A DNA stretch of 28,337 bases from Tubiluchus corallicola (GCA_030141605.1 JAQGDQ010001711.1:1-28337); one strand, 5' to 3'. Shown: positions 1-10,449, counted from the stretch's first letter. Numbers and translations are program-made. The notes: generated from the letters alone by a model not told the origin.

Positions 1-95
1 GTGTGTGTGTGTGTGTTTGTGTACGTGCATGTGTGTGTGGTGTGGGTGTGTTTGTGTACGTGCATGTGTGTGTGTGTGTGTGTTTGTGTACGTGC

Positions 96-159
<64 letters not shown>
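1..159. repeat. (GT)n microsatellite with interruptions
   Basis: Direct GT dinucleotide run; it explains the CV-repeat ORFs in the track. Confidence 0.98.
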
Positions 160-161
<2 letters not shown>

Positions 162-662
162 TTATATATATATATTTATGTGTACTTATTTATGTATTTT
201 ACAATTGCCTTCTCTCTCCACATAAATTACATATAGTCACTTTCTTTTATCTAAATAAATACGTCAGTAATAAACATCAATGATCCGTCACTTTGCAGAT
301 ATACTTAGACGCTTTCCAAAATTCGTTTTTTCATTTTTAGTGCCAACTTGAAGGGGCGATCTTTTTGAACGGTTGGTGCAACTTAGTTCCGAAGATGTTG
401 CTTATAGATGGCGCTTCGCACGACATGAAGGAACGTGTGCTGCGTGCGCTCACATACCTGACGCCGACGGTGTGTCATCATCAACAACAACCCGAGGTGT
501 GATGCTGTTGCAATTGTTACTATAAAATGTAATTGTACGGGATGTTCCAAAATAAACGGTCCACTAACAACTGCTATAGACATGCTAATATTATAATATG
601 AAGTCCAAAAAGTTCTGTCATAGCAAGCTATATGATGCAAACTTGGAATTACATAATATCTA

Positions 663-1147
663 CAGTCAACCTCGGATATAAGCGACACCTCGGGGCTGGA
701 AAAAATCGTCCCTTATAGCTGAAGTTGAGTCAGGAACCGAGGGTGTATCTAGACCTGTACTTTTCTGTACTTTTACCCATATTTTTATGGATTATTGCTA
801 CACATTCAGTGCAAACTGTATGTAGGAAACTCCTTCGGTAATGCGAGATGTGTGTGATCGCGGAAACCGAGCTGTTCGAAGGCCGAGTTTGTGAAAAATT
901 GAGGTTAAAAATCTATCAATTTCGCTTTGATCTTAGGGTCCCTTATATGTGGGGTAATTTACCTGAGTTTCTATTACGTGTGACCTGAAGATATCGTCCC
1001 GTGTAACCGAAAGTCCCTTATATCCGAGTACCTTATATACGAAGCTTTTACGTAGGAAAAACGCTACGAAAAATCGGGACCGTCGTTGGTGGTTCCTTAT
1101 AAGCGACTGTCCCTTATAAGCGAGGACCTTATACCCGAGATTGACTG
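663..1147. mobile_element. Tc1/mariner (pogo/Tigger-like) MITE
   Basis: TIRs cagtcaacctcggatataag and cttatacccgagattgactg, with TA on both sides (661-662, 1148-1149) and subterminal cttata repeats. A diverged inverted copy lies at ~24.1-24.8 kb. Confidence 0.9.
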
Positions 1148-1674
1148 TAGCAAAGAAAGGATGCCGGTTTTTTATCATTCCACCCTGGTTATTGCTAGGA
1201 TCGAACTCCGGACATTCCAAGATTTAAACTTGTCACCTAGTCAGATATGAACCTAATTATTTATACTTCTGCGGAAAATTTACCAACTGTGATAAGTTGA
1301 GCTCACTAACTTGCTGTGTCGTACCTGCCTGCCCATTTCCTTATTTGGGATATTATAATTATGGCCGTTTCTTTTTACTGTTTTCGTACGTTGCTGTTTT
1401 AAGTGGTATACGAAAAAAAGATTAATATTATTATTATACAGGTGCAATATATGACTTGCTAATATATCTATGTACTATATTTACAAGATTATCATTATTT
1501 TGTGCACGTGTCTTTTTGCACTAATGTTTTTCTTTTACTAATAGGTACCATTACGACCTTTGTTACTTTATTAGTAAAAGGTATAAATCAATTTAAATGA
1601 AATTATTCATTCATCGCAGCCTATATCATTATCGTAATTACATATTATGTTTTCCTTATGTTTCCTTGCTATTG

Positions 1675-3455
1675 TTACATCATTTACTTTATTACATCAA
1701 TTACATTAAGTTATCTACAAAAGCATGCATATCTTTAATTATATTTTCAATTAAGTAAGGTGAGTGTGTTAATGACCGTATGGTCGTACACTCACCTCGC
1801 ACTACTCAAATTATTACATCATTTACTTCATCCTTATTTACATTAAGTTATCTACAGAAGCATGCATATCTTTAATTATATTTTCAATTAAGTAAGGTGA
1901 GTGTGTTAATGACCGTATGGTCGTACACTCACCTCACACTACTCAAATTATTACATCATTTACTTCATCCTTATTTACATTAAGTTATCTACAGAAGCAT
2001 GCATAACTATAATCATTTTTTCATTTAAGTAAGGTGAGTGTGTTAATGACCGTATGGTCGTACACTCACCTCGCACTACTCAAATTATTACATCATTTAC
2101 TTCATCCTTATTTACATTAAGTTATCTACAGAAGCATGCATAACTATAATCATTTTTTCATTTAAGTAAGGTGAGTGTGTTAATGACCGTATGGTCGTAC
2201 ACTCACCTCACACTACTCAAATTATTACATCATTTACTTCATCCTTATTTACATTAAGTTATCTACAGAAGCACGCATAACTATAATCATTTTTTCATTT
2301 AAGTAAGGTGAGTGTGTTAATGACCGTATGGTCGTACACTCACCTCGCACTACTCAAATTATTACATCATTTACTTCATTCTTATTTACATTAAGTTATC
2401 TACAGAAGCACGCATAACTATAATCATTTTTTCATTTAAGTAAGGTGAGTGTGTTAATGACCGTATGGTCGTACACTCACCGTACACTACTCAAATTATT
2501 ACATCATTTACTTCATTCTTATTTACATTAAGTTATCTACAAAAGCACGCATAACTATAATCATTTTTTCATTTAAGTAATGTGAGTGTGTTAATGACCG
2601 TATGGTCGTACACTCACCTCGCACTACTCAAATTATTACATCATTTACTTCATCCTTATTTACATTAAGTTATCTACAGAAGCACGCATAACTATAATCA
2701 TTTTTTCATTTAAGTAAGGTGAGTGTGTTAATGACCGTATGGTCGTACACTCACCTTACACTACTCAAATTATTACATCATTTACTTCATCCTTATTTAC
2801 ATTAAGTTATCTACAGAAGCACGCATAACTATAATCATTTTTTCATTTAAGTAAGGTGAGTGTGTTAATGACCGTATGGTCGTACACTCACCTCGCACTA
2901 CTCAAATTATTACATCATTTACTTCATCCTTATTTACATTAAGTTATCTACAGAAGCATGCATAACTATAATCATTTTTTCATTTAAGTAAGGTGAGTGT
3001 GTTAATGACCGTATGGTCGTACACTCACCTTACACTACTCAAATTATTACATCATTTACTTCATCCTCATTCACATTAAGTCATCTACAAAAGCACGCAT
3101 AACTTTAATTATATTTTCAATTAAGTAAGGTGGGTGTGTTAATGACCGTATGGTCGTACACTTACCTCGCACTACTCAAATTACTACATCATTTACTTTA
3201 TTCTTATTTACATTAAGTTATCTACAAAAGCACGCATAACTATAATCATTTTTTCATTTAAGTAAGGTGAGTGTGTTAATGACCGTATGGTCGTACACTC
3301 ACCTTACACTACTCAAATTATTACATTATTTACTTCATCCTTATTTACATTAAGTTATCTACAGAAGCACGCATAACTATAATCATTTTTTCATTTAAGT
3401 AAGGTGAGTGTGTTAATGACCGTATGGTCGTACACTCACCTCACACTACTCAAAT
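1675..3455. repeat. 137-bp tandem repeat, 13 copies, each containing a bulged hairpin
   Basis: The motif aggtgagtgtgttaatgaccgtatggtcgtacactcacct recurs at 1758, 1895, 2032 ... 3402 (period 137). Confidence 0.97.
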
Positions 3456-3548
3456 CATTTTATTATTGTTTATTAATGTGTACAATATTGTATTTTGATG
3501 TGTGAAAAATAAATTCATAGTTCATATATATGTCTAAGTGTGTTTTCT

Positions 3549-3618
3549 TTTATTTAGAATTTTTTTCCATATTTTAGTCACAGATGTAACTGAAACATTC
3601 CTTCCAATTATGTTTATT
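3549..3618 (-). terminator. Candidate poly(A) signals (AATAAA x2) of the SelL transcript
   Basis: tttatt on the + strand at 3549-3554 and 3613-3618, about 105-170 nt past the SECIS. The context is AT-rich, so chance matches are possible. Confidence 0.4.
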
Positions 3619-3723
3619 CATTGGATAACATTAATTTAACGGAGAATATTATGTCTGTAAAAACGTGAGATAAGGTGTGTTAAATTTAGTGCGAAAATGT
3701 ACGACAAAATCTGGCAAACTACA

Positions 3724-3804
3724 TGTGATTTAAACAACTGTGTCTCCCGCAAAAGGTTTGGAATCCATTTAACCAATCGCGTTCATGAACTGTTTGAAAT
3801 CACA
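3724..3804 (-). promoter_or_regulatory. Eukaryotic type-2 SECIS element
   Basis: Minus strand: helix I TGTGATTT-C-AAACAG / TTGTTT-AAATCACA; core A-TGAA / GGAG (G.A/A.G quartet); helix II CGCGATTGGTT / AACCTTTTGCG (9 of 11 pairs); apical AAA followed by mini-stem TGG-ATT-CCA. It lies downstream of, and on the same strand as, a UxxU ORF. Confidence 0.9.
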
Positions 3805-3817
3805 ACGTAAAGTTAAC

Positions 3818-5143
3818 TAGGGGTGAGCATCTTCGCCGGAAACCGAATTCGAATCGAAATTGTGACTTTTGAACTCGAATGAAACCAAATTTTAAGTTTT
3901 TCAAATCCGAATTTAGTATTGAAGTTTTTTTTTTGAATAAAGTTTCGAAACATCAAGGCAAAGCTGTCTCACAAAGGTCATGCGTTTTCAACACGTTTAT
4001 TGAGCGACGATCACTTTGCCTATTGAAGCCATTGTCAAACTATAAATGAAGCCAAAAGGAAAAATAAATAATACATTAATGAAACAAAGGCACAACCTGA
4101 AACTACAAAACAACAGATTAGAATTTAACTCATCAAAATAAACCAGGTTGCAGCGGAAGAAATCTTTTGTCACTTTCACATTGAATTGCTGATGGTTTCC
4201 CTTATTGCAGTTCCCACTTGTTGTAAATTATGCAAAATGTAGAAGTTTTGTGTTTTCTTCTTATAATGCTTACTGCTGAGGTTCTTCATTATGTAAACAT
4301 GGATTAATTGTTGTTCTTTTTTGTTCTCACGTGTCAGGTAAAACATTTTGTACATTTCTCTGCAATTTCTCTTCCGATAGAATCTAGTTTATTTTGATTA
4401 GTTAAATTCTAATCTGTTGTTTTGTAGTTTCATTTTGTGCCTTTGTATCATTCATGTATCATTTATTCTTCTTCTTGGCTTCATTTATACTTTGATAATG
4501 GCTTCAGTAGCCAAAACGATAGTCACTCAATAAACATGGCATGCATTATTGATAGAAAGACACAACTGTGTAATTTTATTCTTGTATTTTGGCTTGGTTT
4601 TTAGTTTGATAATGGCTAAAGCAGCCAAAACTATGAAAAGGCTTATATAGTAGAAGTCTATACATGAAGTCCGTATGAAGAATCACAGCAGTAAGCATTA
4701 CAAGAACAAAACACAACTTCTACAAGGGGAACTGCAATATGGGAAACCAGCAGCATGTGAATTCTGCTCTGTTGAATTCTAGTCTGTTGTTTTGTATTTT
4801 CTAGTTTCAGTTGGTTCCTTTGTATCATTCATGTATCATTTATTCTTCTGTTTGGCTTCATTTATAGTTTGATAATGGCTTCAGTAGCCGAAACGATCGT
4901 CGTTCAATAGACATGTTGGTTCCTAGAAGCTTGGATTTTACTTGATTTTGTTCTGCAGTAAAAACACCAATATTTTTTTAAAAAACTGCAGAATAATTGC
5001 TGCTAAATTGTTGTGACGTTTCGTTGATAAAGAGATTTTGTACAGCACAGTGATGAATCATTCTAATTTATTATTTTAGGTTCCAGTTGAGATCAAACTA
5101 AAAAAAACTGAATTGAATTCGGAACGTTCAATGCTCACCCCTA
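3818..5143. mobile_element. Non-autonomous hAT element (1326 bp) in the SelL 3' UTR
   Basis: Perfect 13-bp TIRs taggggtgagcat / atgctcaccccta; perfect 8-bp TSD aagttaac (3810-3817, 5144-5151); subterminal ttcgaa/gaattc-type repeats; internal inverted and direct repeats. Confidence 0.93.
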
Positions 5144-5172
5144 AAGTTAACGAAACCAGCTCGGTGATTCTT

Positions 5173-6850
5173 CTACTTCACATTAGTCGATATAGCATCC
5201 AATATCTGTTCTATAGAAGGTCGCACCGTAGCACCGGGTGCTCTGTATAACCACACCAGCTTCCCTTTGCTGTCTAGCTGGAAATCGCCCGCCATTTGGA
5301 AGATGTCGATATCATCCGGTCAGAGGCGGATTATGATTTTATGGGCCTTAGGCTTGAGCTTGGAACGGGCCTTTTAAATGTTGCTACACTGCTGAGCTGA
5401 CGTGTTTTTGTGGAGCTCTCGTCGTTTGTAAGTTTGTTTAATTTTGTGAGTTTTTGCCCACCGATTGTGATAAAAATTATATCTTCTTGATCCTTGAGTT
5501 GTGGACTAGGACTATATAAACACGATTACAGCTTGGTGAGTTTCTGGGTTAGATGTCAACTAAAATAAGCCAATCAGAAACTCTGAAAGTAACTTTAGTT
5601 TCTTTCTAGTTTCTTACTAATTTCTTATATCTCTAAAGGATGACAAATTAAACAATTTATCACTGATGCATATTGAGTCAGATATGTTGAAAAAATGGAC
5701 TTTTCAGAAATTATAACTGACTTTGTCCCCAGAAAAATTCGGAAACTGAAATTTTGAACTTAAACTTAAATTGTGAAAACTTGATTTGTGTAAACTTGAA
5801 TTGTGTAAACTTGAATTGTGTAAACTTGAATTGTGTAAACTTGAATTGTGTAAACCCGATTTGAAATATAGTGACTGACTTTTGAAAAAAAACTTTTTCT
5901 ATATTTTATTTTGGCGGGCCCCTTGCTCTTTTGTCAATTTATTTTTTTTACAAAAAAAATTTTTTTTCGTTTTATTTTGCCGGGCCCCTTTTGATCCCGG
6001 GCCTGAAGCCTATTCAGCCTATAGGGCTATCCGCTACAGCATCTGGTACTTTTAAAATGTCTTCCACGCCCGGATATTTGCCCGTCTTCGCGATGCCCCC
6101 GCTGTAGAATTCCAATGATTTCAAATTTCCCACGGCGTGGTTCATTGAACGGCCCATTCCGAAGAAGTGAAACACATCTCTCTTGGTGTCGACCAGCATG
6201 TCAAATCCGCATTTCTCCTGCTGCAGTAACAGCCGCGCACGCTCGACGTCTTCGTGACGTATCAGGAGAATCTTCGTGTTTTTAGCCACGAATTTCTCCA
6301 AGTTGTCGCTGACCGCTGCAACGTGCCGGCGTCACGGATTTCACAGGTAATGTCTCAGCAATTTAACAAGCAGGCTCCACTCTCCAATGTAATCTCTTAC
6401 GCTTGACCGTTCACCAGTTCTTGGGTTGACCAGTGGTATATCGATTGGTCCGTCTTCGCCGAGTTTTGATTGATCCCTTGGTTGGGGAATTTTGAAGTCT
6501 TTGAATGTCTCGTGGTAACGATCCTGGATTTCGATGAATTCGTCCACGGCTTCCCTCACAGCTAGCTGGCTGTAGAGTGGTTTCCATAGGTCTTCCACTT
6601 CTGCCGACGTAAAAACGCCCAGACTTTTAAACAGATCAGCAAACATGTGAATCACGGGCATTCTCACAGTTTGCATATCTTCGAAGAAATCCGGCGGATT
6701 GATATCGGGTTGTTCTTTGAAAGTTCTGGCAAGTTTTTGAATGACATCTGCACTTTTATCGAGATGCTCGTCTAACCTGTTAGTTAAACTATTCAGTGCA
6801 GTGGCCATTTCCGCTGCCGTCACGGCAACACCGTCACTCGTTGATGACAT
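5173..6850 (-). CDS. SELENOL: Selenoprotein L-like thioredoxin/peroxiredoxin-fold protein with UxxU motif, interrupted by a hAT insertion (reconstructed 6850-6040 + 5312-5173, 316 aa); functional status uncertain
   Basis: Reading through TGA at 6343-6341 and 6334-6332 gives LLRHYL-U-NP-U-RRHVAAVSDNLEKF and joins the 169-aa and 95-aa track ORFs in frame. Removing 5321-6039 plus one TSD restores ILKVPDDIDIFQMAGDFQLDSKGKLVWLYRAPGATVRPSIEQILDAISTNVK-TAG. A SECIS lies downstream. The family call is from recalled SelL motifs (LLRH..UxxU, Q.GGDF.LD, RP). Confidence 0.9.
5321..6039 (+). mobile_element. Non-autonomous hAT element (719 bp) inside the SelL CDS, with a transposase C-terminal remnant
   Basis: 8-bp TSD catccggt (5313-5320) / catctggt (6040-6047); imperfect TIRs cagaggcggat / atccgctacag. 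Positions 5639-5757 translate, with one frameshift, to DDKLNNLSLMHIESDMLK/MDFSEIITDFVPRKIRKLKF*, resembling the end of the hAT dimerisation domain. Confidence 0.88.
5760..5855. repeat. 15-bp minisatellite (taaacttgaattgtg), ~6 copies, inside the hAT element
   Basis: Direct tandem copies are visible. Confidence 0.85.
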
Positions 6851-7080
6851 GTTGCTTCCTCTCTCTTCTTCGCAAGAGAGAACCTCAGAAATCTCACTAA
6901 GAAATGTAATAGTATTTATATTTATATCAATATATCAACAGAGTCAAACAGATGCTAATTTTTTAATTTTTTTTTTAAATTTAAAAACTAGAAATTAAAT
7001 TAATCGGAAACACAGACTGACATACAGGACAAGGGCGAAAAATGATTAGAAAGCTGATTGAAAAGTTGGCGAAACAACTA

Positions 7081-7754
7081 TGTTAGAGCACAATGGCTTC
7101 AATTGTGCCCACACACCCCTCTGTCATAGTGGTTACATCCTACTTCATAGGAATAAGTTCTTATTCAATTATACAGATAAACTGAAAGAGATATTTCAGC
7201 TTATTGTAAAGTAGTAATGCTTACGTCACAAGTAGGATGTAACCAATGTGATTTAAAGTAGTAATGCTTACGTCACAAGTAGGATGTAGCCAATGTGACT
7301 TAAAGTAGTAATGCTTACGTCACAAGTAGGATGTAACCAATGTGACTTAAAGTAGTAATGCTTACGTCACAAGTAAGATGTAACTAATGTGACTTTGCTT
7401 ACGTCACAAGTATAATGTAACCAATGTAACTTAAAGTAGTAATGCTTACGTCACAAGTAGGATGTAACCAATGTGACTTAAAGTAGTAATGCTTACGTCA
7501 CAAGTAGGAGGTAACCAATGTGACTTAAAGTAGCAATGCTTACGTCACAATTAGGATGTAACCAATGTGACTTAAAGTAGCAATGCTTACGTCACAAGTA
7601 GGATGTAACCAATGTGACTTAAAGTAGTAATGCTTACGTCACAAGTAGGATGTAACCAATGTAACTTAAAGTAGTAATGCTTACGTCACAAGTAGGACGT
7701 AACCAATGTGACAGAGGGGAGTATTGGCACAATTGAAACCATAGTGCTCTTACA
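7081..7754. mobile_element. MITE with ~65-bp imperfect TIRs and TA flanks
   Basis: Left end tgttagagcacaatggcttcaattgtgccc...catcctactt is the reverse complement of right end aagtaggacg...ggcacaattgaaaccatagtgctcttaca. TA at 7079-7080 and 7755-7756. Confidence 0.85.
7208..7712. repeat. 47-bp tandem repeat (~11 copies) inside the MITE
   Basis: Unit aaagtagtaatgcttacgtcacaagtaggatgtaaccaatgtgactt; one copy is shortened. Confidence 0.95.
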
Positions 7755-9184
7755 TAATATCTAATTTAGGGTAATAGGCAATATTTCTTCAGGGATAGTC
7801 AGTCTTATTTCTGGCAGCAAAAATGACAAAATCAAAAACTGGAAATTAAAAATGGATGGCCATGATGACGCAAGTAAATTGTTTGTATGATATATACATT
7901 GATAACATTCGCTTCCACATGTATTTAAACTGCTATAGTCAATTATAGGGCCTAATTACTGAAATAGTTTACATTTAAGAAAATTTTGCTCTGCAAATAT
8001 GTTAATTTCAAAAAACAAAAATGTTTTTTTAAGAAATTTAAATTTTTTAAAATTTTAAAATGAAATATTGTTAAAATGAAACGTTTCAGTCATAAAACAT
8101 CAGCATGTTTGAATGACATGTTTCGATAACATTAACTTCCTGTGTATCTAAACTGTAATAGTAACTGTTAATCACCGAAATAGTTTACATTTAAGAACAC
8201 CCTGCTGTGAATGTAAACTTCCAGGTAACAAAAATGTTTGAAATTTTGATCAACTCAACTCAAATAAAATCAAATTTGTTTATATTTGACATAAATAACA
8301 AACATATTAGTATACAAGTAAAAACCATCAAAATGGGAAGGGTGTGAAAAATGCTCAATTTTTTCAGAAGTTTGTGGGAGAGACATCGACCTGGTTCTTA
8401 ATTTGTTGATTAGAATTAAACAATTACGTGGGAATGTATATAGTCTAATTTGTTTTTATAGAAAAAGGTGCATAACGCTTAAGTTTACGAGTTTTTAATT
8501 AATATGGTTTGCTGCTATTGAAATATATAATTTAGATTAATTCTTGACTTAATAAAAACCGTACAACTATTTGATTAAAAGAGTGGCCACCCAGAGTATA
8601 ATTTATTGCAACTTACATGATTTGGCGCACTTACATTATTACTTTCTATCACAGCAGGACAACGAAATATAGATAATTATTCACTTTCACATAGTTAACA
8701 CAATCAGTTGTTGTGTTAATACATAATTAATACAACACAGAGTACCAATCCTAGATATATAACGCGCAAATCAGCACATAACTATAAAAAAGCTATTGAA
8801 AAGAGGAAAAAATAACGAATTATGATGTTATGACGTTTGCTTGTAAGAATAGCAAGGTCAAATGGTCACCTGCACAAGGCTGACGAAGAAATTTGTAACT
8901 TTAGAATGAAGCCCGTATAAATAATTCAAGGTTAACCTAATTGAACGACTCTAGGTAGATTTTCAAAGGTTGTAGGAACCGGAATAAACTAGTTTGCAAT
9001 GCTGTAAATGAAAGGTCTAAGAGCAGAGTAGAACTCAATCACTGGAGTCCGTGACAAAGGGATACCGAATCACACACCTGCAATAGTTTGAACATACTAC
9101 ACGCGGGACGAAAAGTAAAAAAAATCGTTGTATTCAAGATTAAAGTCGCTGCGATTCGTCTAATAAACACCCAAAATAACATTG

Positions 9185-10449
9185 CAAATTTATGCCACGT
9201 AGTTGCCTGTGTCCGCCATGTTGGAAGTTTACAAATTTATGCCACGTAGTTGCCTGTGTCCGCCATGTTGGAAGTTTACAAATTTATGCCACGTAGTTGC
9301 CTGTGTCCGCCATGTTGGAAGTTTACAAATTTATGCCACGTAGTTGCCTGTGTCCGCCATGTTGGAAGTTTCAAATTTATGCCACGTAGTTGCCTGTGTC
9401 CGCCATGTTGGAAGTTTACAAATTTATGCCACGTAGTTGCCTGTCCGCCATGTTGGAAGTTTACAAATTTATGCCACGTAGTTGCCTGTGTCCGCCATGT
9501 TGGAAGTTTACAAATTTATGCCACGTAGTTGCCTGTGTCCGCCATGTTGGAAGTTTACAAATTTATGCCACGTAGTTGCCTGTGTCCGCCATGTTGGAAG
9601 TTTACAAATTTATGCCACGTAGTTGCCTGTGTCCGCCATGTTGGAAGTTTACAAATTTATGCCACGTAGTTGCCTGTGTCCGCCATGTTGGAAGTTTACA
9701 AATTTATGCCACGTAGTTGCCTGTGTCCGCCATGTTGGAAGTTTACAAATTTATGCCACGTAGTTGCCTGTGTCCGCCATGTTGGAAGTTTACAAATTTA
9801 TGCCACGTAGTTGCCTGTGTCCGCCATGTTGGAAGTTTACAAATTTATGCCACGTAGTTGCCTGTGTCCGCCATGTTGGAAGTTTACAAATTTATGCCAC
9901 GTAGTTGCCTGTGTCCGCCATGTTGGAAGTTTACAAATTTATGCCACGTAGTTGCCTGTGTCCGCCATGTTGGAAGTTTACAAATTTATGCCACGTAGTT
10001 GCCTGTGTCCGCCATGTTGGAAGTTTACAAATTTATGCCACGTAGTTGCCTGTGTCCGCCATGTTGGAAGTTTACAAATTTATGCCACGTAGTTGCCTGT
10101 GTCCGCCATGTTGGAAGTTTACAAATTTATGCCACGTAGTTGCCTGTGTCCGCCATGTTGGAAGTTTACAAATTTATGCCACGTAGTTGCCTGTGTCCGC
10201 CATGTTGGAAGTTTACAAATTTATGCCACGTAGTTGCCTGTGTCCGCCATGTTGGAAGTTTACAAATTTATGCCACGTAGTTGCCTGTGTCCGCCATGTT
10301 GGAAGTTTACAAATTTATGCCACGTAGTTGCCTGTGTCCGCCATGTTGGAAGTTTACAAATTTATGCCACGTAGTTGCCTGTGTCCGCCATGTTGGAAGT
10401 TTACAAATTTATGCCACGTAGTTGCCTGTGTCCGCCATGTTGGAAGTTT
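9185..10449. repeat. 47-bp satellite, ~27 near-identical copies
   Basis: Unit caaatttatgccacgtagttgcctgtgtccgccatgttggaagttta; only two small deletions were seen (near 9371 and 9443). Confidence 0.98.

Noticed and set aside
1-283. Cys/Val-rich ORFs
   Set aside because: They are translations of the GT microsatellite.
383-688. 101-aa minus ORF, and a possible plus-strand exon near 408-495
   Set aside because: No recognisable motif; the ORF starts inside a MITE TIR; the splice signals are weak and have no partner exons.
933-1220. 95-aa ORF with a similar ORF at 24421-24633
   Set aside because: The similarity reflects two copies of the same MITE on opposite strands; no transposase motifs.
1190-1250. 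B-box-like GAGTTCGATCC on the minus strand (tRNA or SINE head)
   Set aside because: No convincing A box or cloverleaf could be built.
1675-3455. CRISPR array, hammerhead ribozyme or 5S rRNA interpretation of the 137-bp repeat
   Set aside because: The linkers are repeated rather than unique and there are no cas genes. No CTGATGA/GAAA hammerhead core is present. The TACGACCATAC resemblance to a 5S 5' end is only 11 nt.
6014-6850. Two separate genes of 169 aa and 95 aa, as in the ORF track
   Set aside because: They are in the same frame and joined by the UxxU segment; the last residues of the 95-aa ORF come from the hAT element.
9250-9575. Repetitive ORFs, including CxxPPC-like frames
   Set aside because: They are products of the 47-bp satellite, whose period is not a multiple of 3.
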